A stretch of DNA of 54,303 nucleotides, from the NCBI GenBank assembly GCA_045596985.1, contig JAZODM010000019.1, positions 1 through 54,303 on the forward strand. Reading direction: 5' to 3'. Below are positions 17,518 through 26,244 of the stretch, in pieces. Positions within the stretch are counted from its first letter, which is position 1. Each line of letters opens with the position of its first letter. Both the position numbers and the translations under genes were made by a program. The notes under the pieces are model-generated. The model was not told the origin of the DNA. It ran no database searches and worked only from the letters and a program-made list of their open reading frames with translations. The DNA is from Clostridia bacterium. Its GTDB lineage: Bacteria > Bacillota > Clostridia > UMGS1883.

Positions 17518-17532
17518 GTTTTTTATTCCAAT

Positions 17533-19806
17533 TCAATTGTATAAATTTTTAAAGCTATAGGTCACACTATCCCCCGTAACATTAAACGAAAGATATTTTG
17601 CCTTTTCAATTGATTTCCACAAAAGCTTTTCGTCCTTTACGTCTGCAAGGGATATATAGCGTACACCGCCGTCAATACGGCAGAAATTCTCGCTGCCGTT
17701 ATATATTACAAACACATTTTTGTTCTTTGCACCCTCAGAAAGCATTGACGAAAATGCTGCCTTATCAATATCTGCACTAAAGTCAGCAATGCCCCGAAGA
17801 AGAACAAAAATATTCTTCTGCTTTGCGTCATTTAACGCCTCTGAAAGCTTTTTCCATTGTGTTCCGCGTTGCACAACGCCCTTTGACGAAAGCTCCATCG
17901 ATATAATCTTCGCGTTTTCAAAATCACGTACACTGTGCTTTTGCGCACTTACGGGCGAAACGGCAGCAGGGGTAAGGTCAGACAGAAGGTCGCCCCCAAT
18001 CACTGCAGACACATCCGCCTTTCTGAAAGTATCCATTGCGTGTGCGTAAACAATTCTGTCAAAGAGGGTGGTTGCCCCCGTAAAGCCTAAAACATTAAAT
18101 GTAAATGCACCATCCTCTTCTTTATGAAGTGCATCATCTGTCTGTGGCTCGTCTATATCGGCATCGTATTTTCCTGAAATAACCTTAATATCTCTTTTAG
18201 CTTTCCCGTGAGAAAGCGTAATTTTTCCGCCGCCCTCTTTAAGCACCTTTAAGGAGCCGCCCGAAATCTCAATAAATTCCTCATCATATTTCGGGTTAAG
18301 AAGCGTTATGTCCTTAACTGCCGCCGTGTTGCCGTATTTATCGAAAACCTCTGCAATATTATCTGTGGCAATTGATGCCCCTGCGGAAAGTGAAAGTTTA
18401 CTGTCGGCTACAATTCCTGCAATCTCGTCTATTACATAAAGTGTAACGCTGTCAGTTTTTTTGTTATCATAATAAAGCTCCAGCAAAACCTCGTCTGCGC
18501 CCTCGGCATAATACACGTTGTCACGCACATAACCTTCACCTTTTGCAACTGTCCATTTTGGCTCTTTGGTAATTTTTTTCGGTGTGTTATAGTTTTCGTC
18601 ATATGGTGTAAGCCTCAGCTTCACACTGTCGCCTGAAAGAACTGTATTTTTTTCCGCATCTGCAAAAAAGCCTACAGCCTCACCGCTTTGTGCATTTTGC
18701 GTTATGGCAACGGCATTTATAACCTTTCTGTTTTCACTGGGACTGTTTATAAAATGAAGTTCATTTTGGGAAAGCGTTTTTCCCACCATTGCAGTAGAGC
18801 CGCCGCCGTCAAAATTCATTGCATTCACACATCCAAGCTCGAGGCATATATCTGCAAGGGCATCAAGGCTGACGCCACGGCTTATATCCTGCCTTCCGTC
18901 AACGGTTATCATATAAACAACCGTTCCATCTGCATTTGTACCTATTGCCGTGCGCGGATTATTGCCGCTGACGTTGTGCGTTATCGGTGTTTTTTCTCCG
19001 TTTGATAAAAGCAGCGTTCCGCCGCCAAAGGCAGTTTCTATGCCTTGCAGTGACGGGTCTGCCGACGATGAAATCTCTACAGCATCACCGATATTAAAAT
19101 TAATGTCAAGAAACGGCGTCATATTGTCATCTATTGCAAGTATATATCCGTTTTCGGGTATGGGGATAGTTCCGCCGAGGCTGATACCCTTTGCGCTGAC
19201 CTTTCCCTCCGTAACGGTAACTGCCGTTATGCCCTGCGGCAAAAACGGCGAAATGCCGCCGTTAAAATCACTCGTATACATTAAAAGTGCACCGTAATAG
19301 TCGGTGGGCTTATTTATATGGGAAAGGGTTGTCTGCGCCTCATTTGGCGCTTTCACACTCACATTAAGTGTAAGATATGAAAGGCTTAATGCATTGTCCT
19401 TAAAAAAGCCTGCCGCCATATCAGAATTAATATGCGACTGCAAAAGCTCCCCGTCCTTTATTTCTATTCCCAGGCTGAAATTCTGGTCGCCTTTATATGC
19501 CGAAAAAAAGTCTGCATTTGTTGCCGCAACAACATTTTCCTGTGCCTTTGCAAAATTCATTACAGTTTGAACCTTGTCACTGCCGCCACTGTCCTTCAAA
19601 AGCTCCAGACCTAAATTATCATTTTTAAGGTCTGCCGTTATGCAGTTTATATTAAGTGCGTAATCACCGTAAAAACGTACAATGTTTTTATGCGTGACTC
19701 CGCTCGTTACAATTTCCTGAGTTTCCTTTGTATATAGCGGCTGCGCACTTGCGCTTGCTGCCGCCATCATTATAAAGGTCAATATTAAAGAAATTACCTT
19801 TTTCAC
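17533..19806 (-). CDS. Secreted phosphodiester glycosidase-family (NAGPA/DUF2233-like) protein with Ig-like repeats
   Basis: Signal peptide MKKVISLILTFIMMAAASASA. A central NAMNFDGGGSTAM motif is typical of the phosphodiester glycosidase family. The downstream Big_2-like segment and the C-terminal domain are unassigned. Confidence 0.6.
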   Translation of the reverse strand: MKKVISLILTFIMMAAASASAQPLYTKETQEIVTSGVTHKNIVRFYGDYALNINCITADLKNDNLGLELLKDSGGSDKVQTVMNFAKAQENVVAATNADFFSAYKGDQNFSLGIEIKDGELLQSHINSDMAAGFFKDNALSLSYLTLNVSVKAPNEAQTTLSHINKPTDYYGALLMYTSDFNGGISPFLPQGITAVTVTEGKVSAKGISLGGTIPIPENGYILAIDDNMTPFLDINFNIGDAVEISSSADPSLQGIETAFGGGTLLLSNGEKTPITHNVSGNNPRTAIGTNADGTVVYMITVDGRQDISRGVSLDALADICLELGCVNAMNFDGGGSTAMVGKTLSQNELHFINSPSENRKVINAVAITQNAQSGEAVGFFADAEKNTVLSGDSVKLRLTPYDENYNTPKKITKEPKWTVAKGEGYVRDNVYYAEGADEVLLELYYDNKKTDSVTLYVIDEIAGIVADSKLSLSAGASIATDNIAEVFDKYGNTAAVKDITLLNPKYDEEFIEISGGSLKVLKEGGGKITLSHGKAKRDIKVISGKYDADIDEPQTDDALHKEEDGAFTFNVLGFTGATTLFDRIVYAHAMDTFRKADVSAVIGGDLLSDLTPAAVSPVSAQKHSVRDFENAKIISMELSSKGVVQRGTQWKKLSEALNDAKQKNIFVLLRGIADFSADIDKAAFSSMLSEGAKNKNVFVIYNGSENFCRIDGGVRYISLADVKDEKLLWKSIEKAKYLSFNVTGDSVTYSFKNLYN

Positions 19807-19837
19807 AGTAATTACCCCCCTTTCGGGTTTTTATGTT

Positions 19838-20587
19838 TTATTCTTTTTTTGCTTTCTGCAGAATATACACAATCCTTACAGATACGCTTTCAGGCAAAAG
19901 CTTTGATAAAACTCTTGCCGCCTTCATTATGAAGGTGGGTACTACAACAGCCTTCCCCTTCATCATTGCATTTACCGAAACCTTTGCCACATATTCGGGC
20001 GAAATTGTCCTCTTTCCTAAGTTGGAGCCTGACAGTTGCCCAAATTCTGTTTCTACAGGCCCGGGGCAGAGGGTTGTTATCGTCACAGGCGATTTTGTGC
20101 GGCGAAGCTCCTCCCGTACTGCCGTTGCAAGGCGCAAAACATACGCCTTTGATGCGTAGTACGAGGAAAGAAGCGGTCCCGGGAAAAACGCTGCCGAGGA
20201 TGCCACGTTAAGGATTTTTCCGCCGCCCCGCTTTTCAAAAACGGGGATATACGCCTTCATCAGGTAGTGAAGTGCGCGGATGTTTACGTCTATCATCTGA
20301 CTTTCACGGTCGAAATCCGTTTCGCAAAAATCTCCGTACACACCAAAGCCTGCATTGTTAACTAAAATATCTATGTCCTGATACTTTTCAAAAAGCGCAC
20401 GCACCTCGTTCATATCCGACAAATCTGCTGTATAAACCTCGCTCTTTGTCGGGAGAGATTTCGAAAGCTCCTCCAGTCTTTGTGTTCTGCGCGCGACAAG
20501 CACCGTTTCATACCCTTTTTCAGAAAGGACGCGTGCAATTTCTGCACCTATTCCCGAACTTGCACCCGTTATCAAAGCCTTCTTCAT
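19838..20587 (-). CDS. Short-chain dehydrogenase/reductase (SDR) family oxidoreductase
   Basis: MKKALITGASSGIGAEIA (TGxxxGxG), NNAG, and the YxxxK motif YASKAY. The ATG at 20587 lies 1 nt after the upstream stop; the track's TTG start is at 20599. Confidence 0.85.
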   Translation of the reverse strand: MKKALITGASSGIGAEIARVLSEKGYETVLVARRTQRLEELSKSLPTKSEVYTADLSDMNEVRALFEKYQDIDILVNNAGFGVYGDFCETDFDRESQMIDVNIRALHYLMKAYIPVFEKRGGGKILNVASSAAFFPGPLLSSYYASKAYVLRLATAVREELRRTKSPVTITTLCPGPVETEFGQLSGSNLGKRTISPEYVAKVSVNAMMKGKAVVVPTFIMKAARVLSKLLPESVSVRIVYILQKAKKE

Positions 20588-20588
20588 A

Positions 20589-21260
20589 TTAATATCCAAG
20601 CTCCTCGTTTACTAAAATCACGTTTATCCTGCCCTTTAATCTCTGATAACCGCTTACAATATACTGCGAGCATATTCTGCCATCTGCTCTGCAGCCATCG
20701 GTCATAGTGCCGTCTACGCCCTGACACACGCCCTTTTTATGGCAGAAGGTCTGATAGGAAAGGCGCTGACAATTTGCAGGTGCGGCGATTCTTTTAACGC
20801 GCGACTGCGCCTCATCAAGGTCTTTTACAATTTTGTTTCTGCCTACTATCATAATTATCTTTTCAGGGCCGTATGCAATACACGCCACGCGGTTTCCGTT
20901 TCCGTCTACGTTATAAAGCTCACCATTTTGGGTTACGGCGTTTGATGAGCATAAGTAGTAATCCGCACAAAAGCTTTTTCTGTAAAGAGCGATTTTATCC
21001 TCAACCTTTTCTCGGTCAAGATATTCATACTTTCCGCTGCGCAGAATATCCATCATTCCGCACTCTGCAAGCGACATTGAGCCGCCGCTTGCAACGAGCG
21101 CCCCCTCATGCATGAGCGAGGTTGCAATAGCGCACGCATCCTCCTTGCTTTGCGCAATAAAGGCATTCATATTGTTCTTCTCAAGTGCATTTTTAACATT
21201 TTCAAGCTGCATCATAACTGCGGCATTTAAATTCTTATCCATTTTTATCCCCTCATCCAT
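20589..21260 (-). CDS. LUD-domain (LutC/YkgG-like) protein with a C-terminal Cys-rich tail
   Basis: 223 aa, LUD_dom-like (SGGSMSL, YLCSSNAVTQNGELYNVDGNGNRV), with C-terminal CQRLSYQTFCHKKGVCQGVDGTMTDGCRADGRIC. The start may instead be 21242. Confidence 0.6.
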   Translation of the reverse strand: MDEGIKMDKNLNAAVMMQLENVKNALEKNNMNAFIAQSKEDACAIATSLMHEGALVASGGSMSLAECGMMDILRSGKYEYLDREKVEDKIALYRKSFCADYYLCSSNAVTQNGELYNVDGNGNRVACIAYGPEKIIMIVGRNKIVKDLDEAQSRVKRIAAPANCQRLSYQTFCHKKGVCQGVDGTMTDGCRADGRICSQYIVSGYQRLKGRINVILVNEELGY

Positions 21261-21513
21261 TTTTAAACATTTCTTCCGGCAGAACTCTTATCGCAACGCC
21301 AAGCTCCGCAGCAACTATTTCAAGCTCTTTTGTAAGAGCGTCAAAATCTATACTGCTGTTTTCCATATCAACAAGTGCAATCATAGTAAAAAGGTTTTGC
21401 ATAAGCTTTTGCGATATGTCTAAGATATTAATGTTCTTTTCATAGAAAAGACCGCTTACCCTTGCGATAATACCCGTTTTATCCTTACCTACAACCGTTA
21501 CAACTGCTCTCAT
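21253..21513 (-). CDS. ACT-domain protein (UPF0237 family)
   Basis: 86 aa: MRAVVTVVGKDKTGIIARVSGLFYEKNINILDISQ. Confidence 0.8.
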   Translation of the reverse strand: MRAVVTVVGKDKTGIIARVSGLFYEKNINILDISQKLMQNLFTMIALVDMENSSIDFDALTKELEIVAAELGVAIRVLPEEMFKNG

Positions 21514-21527
21514 TCCAACCTCTCCTT

Positions 21528-22262
21528 TTAGTTTCTTCCCTGCCTTACGACCTCATATATAAAGAGTGCCGCCGCAACAGATGCGTTGAGGGAGTTTACA
21601 TTACCCTTCATAGGAATTTTGACCTTGAAATCGCACTTTTCCAGAACAAGACGGCTTATACCCTCACCTTCAGAGCCGATAACGATTGCAACTGCACCCT
21701 TTAAATCGGCATCATAAAGCTCTTTTTCGCCAGAGGCATCTGCGCCTGTTACCCATATGTTTTTCTTTTTCAGCTCGTCAATCGTTTTAGCAAGGTTTGC
21801 CACACGCGCAACGGGCATATACTCCACTGCCCCTGCCGATGCCTTTGCACATACTGCGCCCAGTGATGCCCCGTCGTGCTTTGAAATTATTACTCCGTGC
21901 GCACCTGCGCAGTTTGCCGTTCTTATAATCGAGCCTAAGTTTCTGGGGTCGGCTATTTTGTCAAGAATTATTATAAACGGTGCCTCGCCCCTCTTTTGCG
22001 CATTTTCAAGAATATCGTCAACAGATGCATACTCGGCTGCGGCGCAAAGTGCAATTACACCCTGATGCGACCCCGTTTCACTCATTTCGTCAAGACGGCG
22101 TGCATCAGTTTCACTCACAATTATTCCTTTTTCACGTGCCATACGGATTATGGGAATAATGCTTCCGTGCTTATCTCCCTTTTTTACGTATATTTTATCT
22201 ATGCTCCTGCCGCTTTTAAGCGCTTCGGCGACAGGGTTTCTTCCTTCGATTTTATCAGACAT
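21528..22262 (-). CDS. rlmB: 23S rRNA (guanosine-2'-O)-methyltransferase, TrmH family group 3
   Basis: N-terminal SpoU substrate-binding segment (IEGRNPVAEALKSGRSIDKIYV) and SpoU motifs (DPRNLGSIIRTA, IVIGSEGEGIS, PMKGNVNSLNASVAAA). Confidence 0.82.
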   Translation of the reverse strand: MSDKIEGRNPVAEALKSGRSIDKIYVKKGDKHGSIIPIIRMAREKGIIVSETDARRLDEMSETGSHQGVIALCAAAEYASVDDILENAQKRGEAPFIIILDKIADPRNLGSIIRTANCAGAHGVIISKHDGASLGAVCAKASAGAVEYMPVARVANLAKTIDELKKKNIWVTGADASGEKELYDADLKGAVAIVIGSEGEGISRLVLEKCDFKVKIPMKGNVNSLNASVAAALFIYEVVRQGRN

Positions 22263-22322
22263 ATAAATTCTCCTTTGAAAATGAGATACTTAAAGTATAT
22301 CATACTCTCTCCCACATTGCAC

Positions 22323-24386
22323 CTAATTTTTTATGGAAAATTTGTTTTCTTTTTGAAGTATTTTTCCGTTTGTAAGCTTGGCTACATCTGTTTCCTTGTG
22401 AAAAATTGCAAACGGCAGCTTCAGCACATCACACTCAAATGTTACTCCCTCTTGCAAAATGCTTTCAATATCTGCGCCGCTATAGCCCTGCAGACTTATA
22501 AAGGTTTTATTATCATATTCTATTCTTACGGCAGCATTTTCATTACTCTCCGGGTAATCTATCATCATACCTGCGATTATGGCAGGCTCTTTATCTGAAA
22601 GCGAAATGAGGTGCACATTATTTTCTCTTGCACTTTGCCTGATTTTTTCTGTTTCTTCCCTTGAAAAAGTATTTTCAGGAAAAATCACCGTATCTATTTC
22701 TCCGTTTTGTGCAAGGAGGAACATTTCCTCATAATCTTTATCCGTAAGAATACCGCCCGAGATAGTATCTATCCCTTTGTTTTCCATAAGCTCCTGCACA
22801 TCATATGCATCCTCGCACCCGATAAGAACAGTGTTCTTTCCGTTTGATATTATACTGCTGCACCTTGTGCCATAATTTAAAAATTGCATTGAAAGGCTTG
22901 TGTCACCCACATTTTGCATTACAAGAACTGTGCAAAACACTGCCGTAAACACAGCGCTTATCACACCTAACCTTTTTATATGTACAGGGTAAAGATAAAT
23001 TACCGTCAGCATAAAAATCCAGGCTATGAAAAGAACTGCCCCAAGGTTTCCTATCGGTGTAATTGCCCCGGGCAGGACACAAACTGCCTCCGATATAAAG
23101 AGAATTGCCTCCGAAAGAAATTCTATCACCGCTTTACACACAAATCCTATAACAGGAATATTGCATACAATCACGTACACCATGCCGAGCGGAACAATTG
23201 CCGTCGCAAACGGAAAGACAAGAAGGTTTGTAATAATTGCATATGGTGTTATAATACCAAAATAATATATAACCGCAAGATTGACGCCAAGCTGTGCACT
23301 TATCGTAACAGAGCAAGTGTTTGCAAACGGTATCGGCATTACTTTAGAGCATAGCTTCTGAATTTTTTCGTTATATAAAACTATCCCTAAAACTGAAAGC
23401 ACTGACAAAATAAGTCCTGCATTCAATGCAAGATAAGGATTAAATACTATCATCACAAGAAGTGTCAGGAACAGAGAATTTATTGCATCGTTTTCTCTGT
23501 ACACAATCCTTGAAAGCTGATAAATCACGCACATAACGAGTGCACGCACCACCGATGCCCCTGCACCTGTAACAAGGGTTATAAAAATTGCGCCCAAAAC
23601 GGCAAAGAGTGCGCCAATCCTTTTCTTTCCGAACAGTTTACTTAAAAGAAACATCTGCGCCGCTATCATAATTGACAGATGCATACCCGAAACAACGGCT
23701 ATATGCTTAATTCCTGCGCCCTGAAGTGCCGTATCAAGCGCCTTATTAATCAGGCTTTTATCACCCAGCACCATAGCACAAAAGAGGGCAAGGACATCAC
23801 CTGAAAAGGAATTTTCAGCCATCTGCCGCACATATCGTCTTACAGAAAACACCCATCCCCGAATACCCTTTGTATACTGTGAGGTTAAGGTTAGTGTTTC
23901 TCCCTTTGCGTAAAGATACGTTCTCTTTCCCGCAAGATATGCGCCAAAATCACACTTCTGGGTTTTACTTCTTGAAATACCGCTAAGGGAAATTTTGGAG
24001 CGGACAATGTCACCCGGCATCAGAGTGGGACATTCCTTCAGCGAAAGATAAATCTTTACACGCTTTCCCTCGTCTAAAAACTCTGCAGCGACTTTATTAT
24101 TGTCAGAAAAGTCCGTTATCAGGATTTCGCCGTCATATGTACGCGCGGCATACTTAAATTCAGCCTTGTTTCGGTTGCGCTCTGCACTCTCAAGTCTCAG
24201 CATCCCCAAAACAACAAAAAGAGAGATTACCGCTATCATAATTATTATTTTTCTTCTGCACAAAATTGCCCATAGCACTGCACTCAGGCAAATGGGCAAA
24301 ATATATGCTGTTTTAATCTGGAACACGGCAAGGGCTATTCCTGCTAAAAAGGAAAGCGCCGCTACAAGAAGCGGTCTTTTGGTCAT
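22323..24386 (-). CDS. comEC: ComEC/Rec2-family competence channel protein with a degenerate C-terminal MBL domain
   Basis: DUF4131-like N-terminus and a polytopic Competence domain. The ATG at 24386 (MTKRPLLVAAL) has SD GAGGGTG and lies 1 nt after the upstream stop; the track's TTG start is at 24404. The C-terminal 188 aa lack the GQGD and HxHxDH motifs. Confidence 0.8.
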   Translation of the reverse strand: MTKRPLLVAALSFLAGIALAVFQIKTAYILPICLSAVLWAILCRRKIIIMIAVISLFVVLGMLRLESAERNRNKAEFKYAARTYDGEILITDFSDNNKVAAEFLDEGKRVKIYLSLKECPTLMPGDIVRSKISLSGISRSKTQKCDFGAYLAGKRTYLYAKGETLTLTSQYTKGIRGWVFSVRRYVRQMAENSFSGDVLALFCAMVLGDKSLINKALDTALQGAGIKHIAVVSGMHLSIMIAAQMFLLSKLFGKKRIGALFAVLGAIFITLVTGAGASVVRALVMCVIYQLSRIVYRENDAINSLFLTLLVMIVFNPYLALNAGLILSVLSVLGIVLYNEKIQKLCSKVMPIPFANTCSVTISAQLGVNLAVIYYFGIITPYAIITNLLVFPFATAIVPLGMVYVIVCNIPVIGFVCKAVIEFLSEAILFISEAVCVLPGAITPIGNLGAVLFIAWIFMLTVIYLYPVHIKRLGVISAVFTAVFCTVLVMQNVGDTSLSMQFLNYGTRCSSIISNGKNTVLIGCEDAYDVQELMENKGIDTISGGILTDKDYEEMFLLAQNGEIDTVIFPENTFSREETEKIRQSARENNVHLISLSDKEPAIIAGMMIDYPESNENAAVRIEYDNKTFISLQGYSGADIESILQEGVTFECDVLKLPFAIFHKETDVAKLTNGKILQKENKFSIKN

Positions 24387-24387
24387 A

Positions 24388-24561
24388 TTATTTTTCACCC
24401 TCAAGGTTTTCTAGTGCAACTCTTACCGCTTCTACAACAAAAGCTGTAAACGTACAGTTTTTACCTTCAATCGCATTTTCCACTCTGCTTATTATATCAT
24501 TGGGAAATCTTATACACTTATTTGTTGTCGGTGGAATAGATGGTATTTTAAATTTTTTCAT
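24388..24561 (-). CDS. Small ribbon-helix-helix protein (YlcI/YnfO-like)
   Basis: 57 aa from MKKFKIPSIPPTTNKCIRFPNDIISRVENAIEGKNCTFTAFVVEAVRVALENLEGEK. SD GAGGTG lies 5 nt upstream of the ATG at 24561. The pattern is beta-strand (IRFP) followed by two helices. Confidence 0.6.
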   Translation of the reverse strand: MKKFKIPSIPPTTNKCIRFPNDIISRVENAIEGKNCTFTAFVVEAVRVALENLEGEK

Positions 24562-24596
24562 ACAATCACCTCTGCAAGAAAATGATATAAACTCCA

Positions 24597-24785
24597 TTAT
24601 TTTACCTTGCTGTTATTTATCGCATAATCCAACAAAATGTTAATCAGTTCATTTCTTGAGCGATGTGTCTCTTCTGACAGCTTATTTAATCGTGCAACAG
24701 TTTCATCCTTTATCCGCACAGAAAAAGTTTTGTATCCATCTTCACCTTTTAAATTCTTTTTATTTATAATGAGTTTATCTTCCAT
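24597..24785 (-). CDS. Small ribbon-helix-helix (CopG/Arc-like) DNA-binding protein
   Basis: 62 aa: FSVRIKDETVARLNKLSEETHRSRNELINILLDYAINN is a beta-alpha-alpha RHH pattern. SD GAGGTG is upstream. Confidence 0.65.
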   Translation of the reverse strand: MEDKLIINKKNLKGEDGYKTFSVRIKDETVARLNKLSEETHRSRNELINILLDYAINNSKVK

Positions 24786-24834
24786 AACATTTCACCTCAC
24801 ATATATTATATGCCGGTAAAGGTTGCAAATATAT

Positions 24835-24867
24835 GTTATGTTTTCGAACATAAACTCTAACATAAAA
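24835..24867. promoter_or_regulatory. Repeat cluster upstream of the RHH genes (candidate operator)
   Basis: AACATAAA occurs at 24847-24854 and 24859-24866 (12-nt register), with an imperfect inverted copy GTTATGTT at 24835-24842. All lie 50-80 nt upstream of the start at 24785. Confidence 0.35.
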
Positions 24868-24980
24868 AGGTTTTAATATATCAACCCACACGTTTTTGGT
24901 CCTTTTGACACCAAAAGTACATTTTGCTTCGTGTTCCGCGTATCTTTCTTAAGGATCGCTTAATTATTACACAATATAAT

Positions 24981-25012
24981 AAAAGAAACGGCTGAACAAA
25001 ACTGTTCAGCCG
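24981..25012 (-). terminator. Terminator of lysC
   Basis: CGGCTGAACA / TGTTCAGCCG stem, followed on the minus strand by TTTCTTTT. Confidence 0.8.
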
Positions 25013-25020
25013 CAATGTTC

Positions 25021-26232
25021 TTAATCATGTAAATTAAACTTATTGTGTATAGCTCTTACAGCGTTTTCCGCATCTTTTCTGTCGATAAGAACGCTTACTC
25101 TGATTTCACTTGTTGAAATCATCTGAATATTAATTCCTGCATCGTAAAGCGCCTCAAACATTGTTGCAGCAACACCGGGGTTAGATGTCATTCCTGCACC
25201 TACAACAGACACCTTTGAAACATTATCATCGTGAATTACCTTTTCTGCACCGATAATGCTGTTGTTTTCGTTGATTATATTAAGCGCTGTTTCAAGGTCA
25301 TCCTTGCTTACAGTGAAGCTGATATCCTTACTTCCGTCACGTCCGATTGACTGAAGTATTACGTCTACATTTACCTTTTTCTTTGCAAGTATTGAGAAAA
25401 TCTGGAATGCCTTTCCTGGTGTATCGTTTATATTTACAAGCGCAATTCTTGCAATATCATTATCACGGGCAATTCCTCTTATCAACATTTTTTCCACAGT
25501 GTTTTCCTCCTTAACTATTGTTCCGGGTACTTTCTCAAGACTTGAAAGCACTTCCATATTTACATTGAATTTCTTTGCAAGCTCCACACTTCTGTTATGG
25601 AGCACATTCGCACCTGCAGATGCAAGCTCGAGCATTTCGTCATATGTGATTTCATTGAGCTTGAACGCCTCGGGCACAATTCTGGGGTCTGCAGTATATA
25701 CACCCGTTACATCAGTGAATATCTGACAAAGGTCTGCGCCAAGTGCCGCTGCAATCGCCACCGCCGAGGTATCGCTACCGCCGCGTCCCAGTGTTGTAAT
25801 ATCATCAAACTTGTTGATACCCTGGAAGCCTGCTACAATAACAATCTTCTTCTTATCAAGCTCAAGATGTATTCTCTCACCTACAACACGCTTGATACGC
25901 GCCTTTGAGTAGTTGCTGTCTGTGCTCATTCCTGCCTGCCAGCCTGTAAGGGAAACAACGGGTCTGCCAAGCTTTTCAATCGCCATCGCAAGAAGAGACA
26001 TTGAAATCTGCTCTCCCGCAGAGAGAAGAACATCCATTTCTCTTTTGGAAGCTTTTGTATTAATCTCCTTCGCCTTTTCAATCAAATCATCTGTCGTGTC
26101 ACCCTGTGCCGAAACAACTACAACAACGTCGTTTCCTGCATCATACGTTTCAATAACACGGCTCGCAACATTAAATACACGCTCTGCATCTCTGACGCTG
26201 CTGCCGCCAAATTTCTGTACTATTAAACCCAA
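25021..26232 (-). CDS. lysC: Aspartate kinase
   Basis: MGLIVQKFGGSSV, GRGGSDT, and two C-terminal ACT domains; 403 aa. Confidence 0.93.
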   Translation of the reverse strand: MGLIVQKFGGSSVRDAERVFNVASRVIETYDAGNDVVVVVSAQGDTTDDLIEKAKEINTKASKREMDVLLSAGEQISMSLLAMAIEKLGRPVVSLTGWQAGMSTDSNYSKARIKRVVGERIHLELDKKKIVIVAGFQGINKFDDITTLGRGGSDTSAVAIAAALGADLCQIFTDVTGVYTADPRIVPEAFKLNEITYDEMLELASAGANVLHNRSVELAKKFNVNMEVLSSLEKVPGTIVKEENTVEKMLIRGIARDNDIARIALVNINDTPGKAFQIFSILAKKKVNVDVILQSIGRDGSKDISFTVSKDDLETALNIINENNSIIGAEKVIHDDNVSKVSVVGAGMTSNPGVAATMFEALYDAGINIQMISTSEIRVSVLIDRKDAENAVRAIHNKFNLHD

Positions 26233-26244
26233 TTTTAAAACCTC

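Noticed and set aside
21996-22598. 200-aa plus-strand ORF spanning the rlmB 5' end and the comEC 3' end
   Set aside because: It overlaps two well-supported minus-strand genes and the spacer between them. The translation is low-complexity.
24388-25020. RHH gene pair considered as a prophage or ICE remnant, or a toxin-antitoxin locus
   Set aside because: No toxin-sized partner, integrase, att-like repeat or phage gene is present. It is kept as a finding only for its coupling to comEC, not called a mobile element.
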